A stretch of 64,000 bases of DNA from Vulcanimicrobiota bacterium (GTDB lineage: Bacteria; Vulcanimicrobiota; Vulcanimicrobiia; Vulcanimicrobiales; Vulcanimicrobiaceae): assembly GCA_963820825.1 (NCBI GenBank), contig CAWGBN010000006.1:320001-384000 (forward strand), in the 5' to 3' direction. Numbering within the stretch: position 1 is the first letter of the stretch; every line of letters begins with the position of its first letter. Below, in pieces: positions 26,976-36,659 of the stretch. A program made the position numbers and the translations under genes. The notes under the pieces are model-generated. The model saw only the letters and a program-made list of their open reading frames with translations. It ran no database searches and had not been told where the DNA came from.

Positions 26976-28726
26976 AGCTGCAGCTTTCGCGCCGATTCAA
27001 CCGCGTTCGCGGCGGTCTGGCCGAGGCCGCAGATCGACGCGTCGCGCATTACTTGGCCGATCTCGCCGAGCAACGCGAAGTCGCGACGTTCCAAGGCTTC
27101 GACTTGCCGCACCGTTCCGACGCGGCAGGGCACGCACTGCCCGCACGACTCGTCGCGGAAGAACTGCGCGATGCGGCGCACGATTTCGACCATATCGACG
27201 CCCTCGGCAAAGACCATCACGACGCCGGAGCCGAGCGTTGCATTGGCGGCGCGCGCATCCTCGAACGTTAACGGCATTGCGAGCGCCTCGGGTCCGACGA
27301 ACGTCCCCGCCGCGCCCCCGAGCAGAATCGCACGCAAGTGCCGCTCCTCGGCAACGCCGCCGGCTAACTCGATGAGCTCGCCGAGCGTCGTTCCGTGCGG
27401 CACTTCGTAGAGGCCCGGGTGCTCGATTGCACCCGAGAGGCAGAAAAGCCGCGTGCCGGTCGATTGCGGCGTTCCGATGCGCGCGTACGCGGCGCCCCCT
27501 TCGAGCACGATCCAGGGCAGATTCGCGAGCGTTTCGACGTTGTTGACGAGTGTCGGCTTGCCGAAAAGGCCCGCTTCGACCGGAAACGGCGGCTTGGCGC
27601 GGGGTTCACCGCGCTTTCCTTCGATCGAGTTGAAGAGCGCCGTCTCTTCACCGCAAATATACGCGCCGGCGCCACGTCGAATCTCGACGTCGAAGTGCAC
27701 GCCGCGCCCCATCACGTCGCCGCCGAGCAATCCATGCTTGCGTGCCTGCGCGATCGCGTTGGCGAAGCGTTGCGCGGCAAGTGGATACTCGCCGCGAATA
27801 TAAATGTGCCCGTACTCGCAGCCGGCGGCATACGCTGCGATCGTCATCCCCTCGAGGATCGCAAAGGGGTCGTGTTCCATCAAAATGCGATCTTTGAACG
27901 TGCCCGGTTCGGATTCGTCGGCGTTGCAAATGAGATAGTGCGGCCGCACCGGCGCCTGCGCGACGGCCTGCATTTTGCGGCCGGTCGGAAAGGCCGCGCC
28001 GCCACGCCCCAGCAGATTCGATGCCTGCACCTCGGCAATGACGCGTTCGGGTCCCAGCTCGAGTGCTTTGCGCAGTGCGTGGTAGCCATCGTGTGCGCGA
28101 TACTCGTCGAGGCTTTCGGGATCGATCTTGTCGATTCGGCGAAGGAGCCGAAGCTCGGTGCCGTCGATGTGCGGTGTGGGCGGATCGCCCGCGTGCGCCT
28201 CGCTCGTCATCAGATTCGTCAAGCGATGCGCGTTGACGGGTGCGAGCGCGCGGGCCGACGGAGCTTCACCGGCTTCAGTAATAAACGCAGCCGGTGCGCG
28301 ATCGCAGAGACCGAGGCACGGCGAACGCAGCCACGTCGTCTGCGTATCCGCGTTGCTCGTCCCCGCCGCACCGAACGCCGACTCCAGCGTCGCGCAGAGC
28401 GACTCGGCGCCGGCGCACCGGCACGCAATGTCGTCGCAGACGTGGACGACGCGCGGCGCTCTCGGAGTTGTCGACAAGAGCGCGTAGAACGACCCGACGC
28501 CGTATGCCTCCGCCGGCGCGACCTCGAGTCGCCGGCCGGCATAGTTGAGCGCTCCCGGACTGATCCAGCCGATGCGGTCTTGCAGCGCGTGCAATACCGG
28601 CAGTAAGAGATGACGGCGCGAGCGCGCCGCCGCACCCGTCTCGCCGCCGGCAGCGCCTCCGATGGCGGCGTCAACGGCCGCCCGCTCGGCGTCCGTCGGC
28701 GCATCGGTTGTAAAATGTAAGTCCAT
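26969..28726 (-). CDS. Fused NuoE/NuoF-like diaphorase subunit of NAD-dependent FDH
   Basis: VCDDIAC and CLGLC (NuoE-like); GRGGAAFP, NADESEPGTFKDR, GAGAYICGEET and ESCGQCVPCRVG (NuoF-like). Confidence 0.92.
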   Translation of the reverse strand: MDLHFTTDAPTDAERAAVDAAIGGAAGGETGAAARSRRHLLLPVLHALQDRIGWISPGALNYAGRRLEVAPAEAYGVGSFYALLSTTPRAPRVVHVCDDIACRCAGAESLCATLESAFGAAGTSNADTQTTWLRSPCLGLCDRAPAAFITEAGEAPSARALAPVNAHRLTNLMTSEAHAGDPPTPHIDGTELRLLRRIDKIDPESLDEYRAHDGYHALRKALELGPERVIAEVQASNLLGRGGAAFPTGRKMQAVAQAPVRPHYLICNADESEPGTFKDRILMEHDPFAILEGMTIAAYAAGCEYGHIYIRGEYPLAAQRFANAIAQARKHGLLGGDVMGRGVHFDVEIRRGAGAYICGEETALFNSIEGKRGEPRAKPPFPVEAGLFGKPTLVNNVETLANLPWIVLEGGAAYARIGTPQSTGTRLFCLSGAIEHPGLYEVPHGTTLGELIELAGGVAEERHLRAILLGGAAGTFVGPEALAMPLTFEDARAANATLGSGVVMVFAEGVDMVEIVRRIAQFFRDESCGQCVPCRVGTVRQVEALERRDFALLGEIGQVMRDASICGLGQTAANAVESARKLQLW

Positions 28727-28736
28727 CGTTACTACG

Positions 28737-28778
28737 GTGTCATCCTGAGCGCAGGCGCGCAGCGCCGGAGTCGAAGGG
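28737..28778 (+). repeat. REP-like palindromic element GTCATCCTGAGC...GAGTCGAAGGG, copy 1
   Basis: Near-identical ends to the inverted copy at 52401-52438. Confidence 0.75.
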
Positions 28779-30665
28779 CAAGGGGTCGATGCGTACGGCG
28801 CAGGCCTTGAACTCCGCGGTACCGGACTTTGGATCGGTTGCATCGATCGTCAGCAGATTCGTCGCGACGATGTCGTTGAAGTGAAACGTAGTGAAGACCA
28901 AACCTTGACGCAATCCCGGGTCGATGCGGACGGGAACGACGATCGAGCCGCGACGTGAGGTGACGCGCACGCTATCGCCATCCGCAACGCCGTAACGACC
29001 GGCATCCTCAGGCGAGATGTCGAGCGTTTCGCCGCGTCGCATTGGCGACGTGTACCCGCCGCTTTGCACGCCGGTATTGAACGAGTCCAAACGGCGGCCC
29101 GTCGTCAAGCGAACCGGATACTCACTATCGAGCGCTTCCACCGGCGGGTCGTGTTCTACCGCCGCGAATGGTGCGCGGGGGCCTTCGACGGGATCCTGCC
29201 AGAGACGTGCGTGGAGGAAGGGCTCACCCGGATGATTCTCGTCGTAGCACGGCCACGGAATTCCGGCATTTTCCTCGAGCCGGCGATAGCTCATGCCGGC
29301 ATGCCACGGCGAGAGCACGCGGCACTCGTCCCAAGCTTGCTCGGGCGTATAGTCGGGCCAGTCGCGACCGAGGCGCCGCGCGAGCTCGCAAATGATCGCG
29401 ATGTCGTCGCGCGCCTCGCCCGGCGGATCGAGTGCCTTGCGGCAGCGCTGCACCCGGCGTTCGCTGCTCGTCACGGTCCCTTCCGATTCGCACCAGCTTG
29501 CGGTCGCGGGGAAAACGACCTCGGCGAGCTCGCCTGTTTTGGTGAGGAAAATATCTTGCACGATCAGGTGTTTGAGCGAACGAAGGAGCTCGATCGCGTG
29601 CTCCTGGTCGGCTTCGGATTGCGCCGGGTTCTCGCCGACGACGTAGAGCGTGTCGAGCTCCTTGCGTTCGATAGCGTGAAACATATCGGTGAGATTCCAG
29701 CCGCGCCCGCGCGGCAGCGTCGCATTCCAAGCCTGCTCGAACTTGGCGGCGCTCGCCGGATCTTCGACGTCTTGGCCGCCGGGAAACTTGTTGGGGATGG
29801 CGCCCATGTCGCCGCCGCCCTGCACGTTATTCTGCCCGCGCAACGGATTGAGGCCGGAACCGTACCGTCCCACGTGCCCGCAAAGCAGCGCGAGATTGAT
29901 GAGCGCGCGCACGTTGTCGACGGCGTTATGATGCTCGGTGATGCCCAGCGTCCAGCAGAGCTCGGCGCGCTCGGCGAGCGCGTAGCCATGCGCGAACTCG
30001 CGGATCAGTGCCGCCGGCACGCCGGTCGTTTTTTCCGCATACTCGAGCGTGTACTCTTCGACCGTCTCTTGGTACTCCTGGAAGCCGCTCGTCGCACGCG
30101 CGATGAACTCCCGATTCTCCAAACCCGACGCCAGGATTTCGCGCCCGACCGCGTTTGCCAGCGCGATATCCGATCCGACGTCGAGGCCAAGCCAACCGTC
30201 GGCCCACTGCGCGCTCGACGTGCGCCGCGGATCGACGACGTACAGCTTGGCACCGCGCCGAAGTCCGCGCAGCACATGGTGAAAGAAGATCGGATGCGTC
30301 TCGCGCGCATTCGACCCCCAGAGCACGATCAGGTCGGTATGCTCGATCTCCTCGTAAGAGCTCGTGCCGCCGCCTGCCCCGAAGACCGCCGTCAGACCGA
30401 CGACGCTCGGGGCGTGTCAAGTACGGTTGCAGCTATCGATGTTGTTGCTCTGCAGCACCGATCGAGCGAACTTTTGCGCGACGTAGTTCATCTCGTTGGT
30501 TGCCTTCGAGCAGCTGAACATCCCAAACGTCCGCGTGCCGTCGCGCTCGCGCGCGTCGCGCAAGCCCGAGGCGGCACGTTCGAGTGCTTCGTCCCAGGAT
30601 GCGCGTCGCAGGCCTTCGCCGTCGCGTACGAGTGGATGCGTCAACCGAAGATAGGGTTTGCTCAC
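28740..30665 (-). CDS. Selenocysteine-containing formate dehydrogenase catalytic (Mo/W-bisPGD) subunit
   Basis: ORFs 30417-30665 and 28740-30326 share one frame, joined through the TGA in NNIDSCNRT-U-HAPSV; PLRGQNNVQG and LTTGR are present; 641 aa. Confidence 0.93.
30376..30413 (-). promoter_or_regulatory. Bacterial SECIS hairpin (FDH)
   Basis: GCCCCGAG-CGTCGTC-GGTCT-GACGGCG-GTCTTCGGGGC directly 3' of the UGA; loop GGTC begins after 18 nt. Confidence 0.85.
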
Positions 30666-30824
30666 GGTTGGCTAATTCGAGCGCTTCCCGGAGCCTCCCC
30701 ACCCGTCCGGGGTAAATGGACGTATCGGATGGCCCGCGGGCGCTCGACGGGTGGCCAAAGGAGCTTTTCGGCGGTGAAGGCAAGACCCGGGGCCTAACGA
30801 TTCCGGCCCGATAAGGAGAGAAGC

Positions 30825-31770
30825 GTGGATCTTTCGTCGATCACGGTCTATACCGGGAATGGCTTCCAGCGCTACGACGATACCAAGGTGGGTCTCCTCA
30901 CGCACGGGCTTCAATACGGGACCGGCTGTTTTGAAGGAATTCGCGGTTACTGGGTGCCGGAAGAGCGCGAGCTCTTTCTAGTGCTGGTGCGCGACCATTA
31001 CGAACGGCTGACCACGTCGGCGAAGATCCTCACGATGAAGCTTCCCAAGACTCCCGACGAGCTGGTCGAGATCACGATCGAGCTTTGTTTGCGCAATCGG
31101 TTCGAGGGTGACGTCTATATCAGGCCTTTCGCATACAAGGCCGCCGAAGACGTCGGCGTGCGGCTGCATAACGTCCCCGATGCTTTCGCAATCGTTCCGA
31201 TCCCCTTCGTTTCGTATATCGATGGGGATCGTCCGCTCGATGTCTGCGTCAGCTCGTGGCGTCGCGCCGACGACACGATGGCGCCGCCGCGCGCAAAGAT
31301 CACCGGGCTCTACGTCAATTTCGGCGCTGGCCAAGAGCGAAGCGATTCAGAACGGTTACGACGAGGCGGTTTTGCTATCGCACGACGGACACGTCGCCGA
31401 AGGCTCGGCCGAAAACATCTTTCTGGTCCGCCGCGGCGTGCTCTACACGCCCGATCCGTCGCAGAACGTGCTCGAGGGCGTTACGCGCCGGGCGATCATG
31501 GAGATCGCTCGCGACGACCTCGGCTTAACGACGGTCGAACGCTCGATCGATCGCGGCGAGCTCTACTGCGCCGACGAAATCTTCTTTACGGGAACCGCCG
31601 TCGGCATCTGTCCGGTCGCGTCGGTCGATCGCCGGCAAGTCGGTGACGGCGGGATCGGGCCGATCACGCGTCGGCTTCGCGCGCTCTACGAACGGATCGT
31701 CACCGGGCGCGAGAGCCGTTACGAAAGCTGGCTGACGCGGGCCTACGCGTCGGCGAAGATCAACGCGTAG
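30825..31770 (+). CDS. ilvE: Branched-chain amino acid aminotransferase (frameshift at about 31320, probable sequencing error)
   Basis: HGLQYGTGCFEG, YIRP and AKITGLYVN, then SALAKSEA, EGSAENIF and LEGVTR in the +1 frame. Confidence 0.9.
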
Positions 31771-31776
31771 GGGCTA

Positions 31777-32751
31777 TTAGGGCGGCGGCGCCGGGGCGGC
31801 GTCGGTAGCGCCGCTCTCCCAGTAACTGGCATCGGGCGAGAGACCGCTGCTCGGCGTTTCGCCGGAGGCTTGCCGCCAGCGGGCGAGGCGTAGCTCCTGC
31901 GCATAAGCAATGCGCGAAACGGAGTGAATGAAGGAGCGCCCGAGCTCCTTGGAATGCAGGCCGGTCGTCATGACGGCAATCGCATACGGCGCGTCGCTGG
32001 CAAAGACGATGCCGGCGTCGTTGAGCGTATCGTTGAGCGAACCGGTCTTGTGCGCGATTTCGACGTCGGGAGGGAGCGGCTCGGGGAGAAGCGTGTTGAA
32101 CTCGTCGGCCTTGAGAATCCCGATCATCTCGTTGGACGACCATTGATCGATCAGCTCGCCGCGCGCCATCAGCGCGAGCAGGTGCACGAGATCGGCGGGC
32201 GAGGTGCGTAGCGTCTGACGGATCGCCCAGCCGTCGGTTCGAACGTCCGCGGCGAGGTGCGTGCGGTCGAGGCCGAGGTCGCGCATCTGCCGGTTGATGT
32301 TGCGGCGGCCGACGAGGCGGATCAGCATATTCGTCGCGGTGTTGTCGCTGATGTCGATCATCTTGGCGAGCAGTTCCGAGACGGGATAGGTCATGCCGAC
32401 CGGTGCGTCGCAGAGCTCGCCCGATCCGTAATCTTTATCGGAGGCTTCGAGCATAACGCGTCGCTGCAAGTCGAAACGGCCCGCTTCGAGTTGCGCAAAG
32501 ACTTCGACCATGACGGGGAGCTTGATGGTCGAGGCCGCCGGCATGCTCGCCGCGGCGTTGAAGCCGGCGTTATATCCGGTGCTGATGTCGAAGACGTCGA
32601 GGGCACTGGCCGCCGGCAGGTGGCGCGCGAGGCTACGCACTTCGCGATTGAGCCCCGCGAGCGGCGGGGGAAGATACGCCAGTACCGGTGCCGGCGAAAT
32701 GATGCCAATCCAGAGAGCGAGCGCCGCGAGTGCCGCTGCAGGTCGCATCAT
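31777..32751 (-). CDS. Class A beta-lactamase-related serine hydrolase
   Basis: Signal peptide; STIK, SDN and HKTG motifs. Confidence 0.88.
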   Translation of the reverse strand: MMRPAAALAALALWIGIISPAPVLAYLPPPLAGLNREVRSLARHLPAASALDVFDISTGYNAGFNAAASMPAASTIKLPVMVEVFAQLEAGRFDLQRRVMLEASDKDYGSGELCDAPVGMTYPVSELLAKMIDISDNTATNMLIRLVGRRNINRQMRDLGLDRTHLAADVRTDGWAIRQTLRTSPADLVHLLALMARGELIDQWSSNEMIGILKADEFNTLLPEPLPPDVEIAHKTGSLNDTLNDAGIVFASDAPYAIAVMTTGLHSKELGRSFIHSVSRIAYAQELRLARWRQASGETPSSGLSPDASYWESGATDAAPAPPP

Positions 32752-32836
32752 GGCCCGCCGATTTGATTGTCAAGCTCGACGCCTCCTGCCGAGAGCTCGC
32801 ACGAGGCATGCCCGCCTGCACGGTGAAGGGCGAGGC

Positions 32837-33940
32837 ATGAGAGGCACTCGGCGCAATCCGTGGCGATGGCTGACCGAGGCGCGCGTCACGTACGCGCTGA
32901 AGATCCTCATGCTCCTCGTCCTGACCTTCTATGCGGGCCAATTCATCGTCGAGATACTCGCGCGGCTTCATGCCGTCGTCTACATCCTGATCGCATCGGT
33001 CTTTCTCGCCTACCTCATCTATCCGGCCGTCGTCCGCCTGCGCCGGCGCATGCCGCTGGTGCTTGCGATCGTCTTGGTCTACGCCGGCATCGTCCTGGGC
33101 CTCGTCGTCGTCGCGCTCTTTGTCGTTCCGCACATCATGGACGACGTGCAGATGCTCGTTGCGCGCTACCCCGATCTCGTCGCGCGGTTCAACTCGCTCC
33201 TCTACAATCCCAATGACCGGTTCGTCGCGAGCCTTCCGCCGTGGCTACGCGCCGAGATCGCCCGCGTGCCGGCACAGATCGGGCAGTGGATTCAGCTTCG
33301 CGGATTGCAGACCGTCGGTCATCTCGTCGTCGTCCTGGCCGGGACCGTCGCGATCGTCGCCGTCTTCATCGTCGTGCCGGTCGTCACGGCCTATCTCTTG
33401 CTCGACTTGGAGAACCTCAAAGCGGCGCTCGCCGCCATCGTCCCCGCGGACCGCTGGCGCGCTACGATGAGCCTGCTCTCGGAGATCGACGGTGTGATCG
33501 GCGGCTTCATTCGCGGTCAACTGCTCGTGGCGCTCTTCGTCGGCATCGCGATCACGATCGCGTTGATGTTGTTGCGCGTGCCCTATCCCTATCTCTTCGG
33601 ATTGCTCGCCTTTTTCGGCGACCTGATTCCGTACGTCGGCGCGGTGCTCGCGTTCTTGCCCGCCTTCTCCTCGGCGCTCTTGACGAACGGCTGGGTCAAC
33701 GCACTGCTCGTTACCGTCGCCTTCGTCGCGATATTCGAAGCGGAGGGCCATCTCATCGCGCCGACGGTCGTCGGGCGTCAAGTGAAGCTGAGCGCATTCG
33801 TCGTCATCATCGCGCTGCTGATCGGGGGTGAGGTCGCCGGACTCTTCGGCTTGTTGATCGCCGTGCCGGTCGCCGGGGTCGTGCGCGTTCTGGCAACGCG
33901 GGTGGTCGAGGCGGCAAAATCGAAGTCCCCGCCGCTGTGA
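32837..33940 (+). CDS. AI-2E (PerM) family transporter
   Basis: AYLIYP, GFIRGQL, IPYVG, EGHLIAP, GLLIAVP. Confidence 0.9.
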   Translation: MRGTRRNPWRWLTEARVTYALKILMLLVLTFYAGQFIVEILARLHAVVYILIASVFLAYLIYPAVVRLRRRMPLVLAIVLVYAGIVLGLVVVALFVVPHIMDDVQMLVARYPDLVARFNSLLYNPNDRFVASLPPWLRAEIARVPAQIGQWIQLRGLQTVGHLVVVLAGTVAIVAVFIVVPVVTAYLLLDLENLKAALAAIVPADRWRATMSLLSEIDGVIGGFIRGQLLVALFVGIAITIALMLLRVPYPYLFGLLAFFGDLIPYVGAVLAFLPAFSSALLTNGWVNALLVTVAFVAIFEAEGHLIAPTVVGRQVKLSAFVVIIALLIGGEVAGLFGLLIAVPVAGVVRVLATRVVEAAKSKSPPL

Positions 33941-34824
33941 GCACCACCATTTCACCGCCGCGGCGCGTCGATATCGTCGGCGTACCGATGGACCTGGGCG
34001 CGAGCCGCCGGGGAGTCGACATGGGCCCCTCGGCGGTGCGATACGCGAAGCTGCACGACGCGCTCGGAAGGCTCGGGATTGCGACGATCGTCGATCGCGG
34101 CAATTTGCAGGTGCCGATTCGAGAATCGGCCGACGCACAGGATGCCTCGGCAAAGTACCTCGACGTGATCAGCGAGGTCTGCGGCGAGCTCGCCGGAGTC
34201 GTCGAAGAAGCGGTACGCGCCGGCGGTCTGCCGATCGTGCTCGGCGGCGATCATTCGATCGCCGTCGGAACGCTCGATGGTTTGACCCGAGCGCGCGGCG
34301 CGGCGCCGGGACTCGTGTGGATCGACGCGCACGCCGACATCAATAGCCCGGGGAGCTCGCGAACGGGAAACGTCCACGGCATGCCGCTCTACTTCGCATT
34401 GAAGAAGGGCTTTGCAATGGCCGAACATACGGTGCAGATCGGCCTGCGCGACGTCGACCCGGTCGAGAAGCAGCTGCTGCGCGAGTTCGGCGTGAAGACC
34501 TTTACCATGAGCGACGTCGACAAGCTGGGAATGGTTCACGTGCTGGAGCAGGCGCGCGCGATCGCCGGTGCGGACGGGCGGCCGATGCACGTTTCCTTCG
34601 ACATGGACGCGATCGATCCGAGCGAGGCGCCCGGAACGGGAACGCCGGTAAAGGGGGGCTTGAGTTATCGCGAAGCGCACCTCGTGATGGAGATGCTCTA
34701 CGACAGCGGCCAGCTCGGCTCGATCGAGATGGTCGAGATCAATCCGATCCTCGACCACCGCAATCAAACCGCGGCGCTCGCCGTCGGGTTGATCTGCTCG
34801 GCGTTAGGAAAATCTATTCTGTAG
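33937..34824 (+). CDS. rocF: Arginase
   Basis: GVDMGP, GGDHS, DAHADIN, GNVHGMP, SFDMDAIDP, EINP. Confidence 0.93.
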   Translation: MSTTISPPRRVDIVGVPMDLGASRRGVDMGPSAVRYAKLHDALGRLGIATIVDRGNLQVPIRESADAQDASAKYLDVISEVCGELAGVVEEAVRAGGLPIVLGGDHSIAVGTLDGLTRARGAAPGLVWIDAHADINSPGSSRTGNVHGMPLYFALKKGFAMAEHTVQIGLRDVDPVEKQLLREFGVKTFTMSDVDKLGMVHVLEQARAIAGADGRPMHVSFDMDAIDPSEAPGTGTPVKGGLSYREAHLVMEMLYDSGQLGSIEMVEINPILDHRNQTAALAVGLICSALGKSIL

Positions 34825-35212
34825 CTTCGGGACGGAAACCGGCGTAGATCAAGTATCCGCCGAGCACGAGCCCGAAGACGAAATAGGCGTAGAAGAAGCG
34901 CGGAAATTGCAGCGCTTGGTAGAAGTCGAGCTGCGTTTGCGCCGGCAGCCAGACGAACGTTAGACCCTTGACGGTGGCGATCCATCCGTAGAGCGTGACG
35001 ATAACCGCGGCCGGACTTCCCGACCAGCGGTTGTGCGCGACGACGATCGCGAGTCCGACGAGCATCGTGAAGACGCCGGTGATCCACATGAGCGCCGGAT
35101 CGGCAAAGAACGCGTTCAACATGTCGATGGTCGGCTGCCGGTTGAAAACCATCCCGAGCTCCGCCAGAACGATCCAGAGTCCGAGGACCCTGGAAAAGTA
35201 TCGCGTCAGCAT
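34814..35212 (-). CDS. Hypothetical four-TM membrane protein
   Basis: Hydrophobic helices with HNRW and GWIATVKG. Confidence 0.7.
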   Translation of the reverse strand: MLTRYFSRVLGLWIVLAELGMVFNRQPTIDMLNAFFADPALMWITGVFTMLVGLAIVVAHNRWSGSPAAVIVTLYGWIATVKGLTFVWLPAQTQLDFYQALQFPRFFYAYFVFGLVLGGYLIYAGFRPEATE

Positions 35213-35231
35213 CGGGACGGTTTTAGCGATC

Positions 35232-35936
35232 TTATAACTTGATCGTCGCGCGCGCTTCGCACGAAACGCCGCCGCCGCAGACCGCCGGATCCCAGCTCGC
35301 ATCGGCGAGCAGAGAACGTATCCGGCTTTCGAGTTGCGGATCGAGCGGCGGCTGGAAGAGAATGCTCTCGGTGCGCCCGTCCTCACCGACGGTGACGACG
35401 AGCGTGACGTGCGTGCCGAGTGCGTCGAGCTGTTTGCGCACGTCCGGATCGAGCACGGGGTCCGGCTGCTGGGCGCCAAAGGGCAGATAACCACCGGTCT
35501 GCCGGGTTCCCACACTCGTAACGGCGCGAACCGCCGGTGAGGGCGTCACAACAGGGGACGGATCGTCGGAGGTTCCGGTTCCATCGCGCGGAGCCGCGCC
35601 GACGGCGGGGGCGGCCGGCGCATTCGTCGCGACGCGCGGCGCCGGCGACGCGTCGCGGTGCGCGACTTCGGGGACGAGGCGAAGGTGATCGGTAAAGCTC
35701 ACCGCCGTTCTGCGATTCTGGTGTGGCGCGACCGCGCGCGGCGGCGCATGCGGCGCGTGCGGCGGCGGGACGACCTCGACGTGCAGGATATGCGAAAAGC
35801 TCACCGTTTCAACCGGCGTTCCGGTAGAGGCAGTCCAAGCGAGCGCTGGGATCGCGATTGCGACCAGGAGGTGCAGCGAAACCGAGGCGAGGGATGCTCG
35901 CCCCATTCGTGTCCGTGCGTTCGCCATTGCACCCAT
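35232..35936 (-). CDS. TonB-like energy transducer
   Basis: TM helix with SxxxH (SVSLH), Pro/Ala-rich linker, C-domain VTLVVTVGEDG...WDPA. Confidence 0.6.
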   Translation of the reverse strand: MGAMANARTRMGRASLASVSLHLLVAIAIPALAWTASTGTPVETVSFSHILHVEVVPPPHAPHAPPRAVAPHQNRRTAVSFTDHLRLVPEVAHRDASPAPRVATNAPAAPAVGAAPRDGTGTSDDPSPVVTPSPAVRAVTSVGTRQTGGYLPFGAQQPDPVLDPDVRKQLDALGTHVTLVVTVGEDGRTESILFQPPLDPQLESRIRSLLADASWDPAVCGGGVSCEARATIKL

Positions 35937-35956
35937 CGTCCTGCCCCTCTTCGATT

Positions 35957-36631
35957 TCAGCGCGCGGCCGACCCCGCCCGTGACGCTTCCGCGCCCCATG
36001 CGTCCCATCCGCGGGCGGCCTCGCGCGCGAAGAGTTCGATCCGCGGGCGGCGCCCGCAGAGCTCCTCGATGCACTGCCGGACGATCGGCGGCTTTCGGCT
36101 ATGCGCTGCGCGCGGCGCGAAGAGCACCTGCGCTTGGCGCAAATCGCGAATCGGGAAGGGCCGCCCGGTCGGCATCGTCGTGGCCGCGAGCACGAACTCC
36201 GTCGTCGGCTTGGTGAACGTCGGCGGGACGCCCTGCCCGCGAATCGGCTCGCCCTTGCTGTTGATCTTGACCCAAACGTAGGCGACGCCACGATAGTGGA
36301 GACCCCAGCTCTCGATCAGTTCGATCGCAAAGTTGAGGCGCGGACCGGTGCACCACAAGAAGAGTGCGGCGCGTTTGTTCATGATCGCTCGAACCGGAAG
36401 TTGCGCGAGCTCGCTCTGGCTCATCAAGGGATAATGCTTCGCGGCGGCCGCGTCCTTGATTTGGCTTCCGTAATAGAACCAGGGCGGATCGGCGTAGACG
36501 ATGTCGTACGTTTTGGTGGGAAACGGCGGAAGATGCTCGTGATGGCCGGCGGCGCTGCGGCGGGCCAACCGTGCGAGATGCTCGCGATTCTTCGGCGAGT
36601 ATCCCTCTAGACGAGTGCGTTTTGCGGCCAT
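35957..36631 (-). CDS. MT-A70-family N6-adenine methyltransferase
   Basis: YDIVYADPPW, HYPLM, LFLW, WVK, HSRKP, RIELFAR, GWDAWG. Confidence 0.92.
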   Translation of the reverse strand: MAAKRTRLEGYSPKNREHLARLARRSAAGHHEHLPPFPTKTYDIVYADPPWFYYGSQIKDAAAAKHYPLMSQSELAQLPVRAIMNKRAALFLWCTGPRLNFAIELIESWGLHYRGVAYVWVKINSKGEPIRGQGVPPTFTKPTTEFVLAATTMPTGRPFPIRDLRQAQVLFAPRAAHSRKPPIVRQCIEELCGRRPRIELFAREAARGWDAWGAEASRAGSAAR

Positions 36632-36659
36632 GCTGCGATGAGCATATGGGACGCGGCGA

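Noticed and set aside
26969..28726. Complex I nuoEF genes
   Set aside because: The context (FDH catalytic subunit, fdhD, no membrane nuo genes) indicates the diaphorase module of a soluble FDH
30417..30419. FDH catalytic gene as a nonsense pseudogene
   Set aside because: The TGA falls exactly at the metal-ligand position and has a SECIS, so it is read as selenocysteine
30666..30824. Possible Moco riboswitch or T-box between fdh and ilvE (TCGAGCGC/GCGCTCGA stem)
   Set aside because: There is pairing potential, but I could not match the consensus elements in the correct orientation
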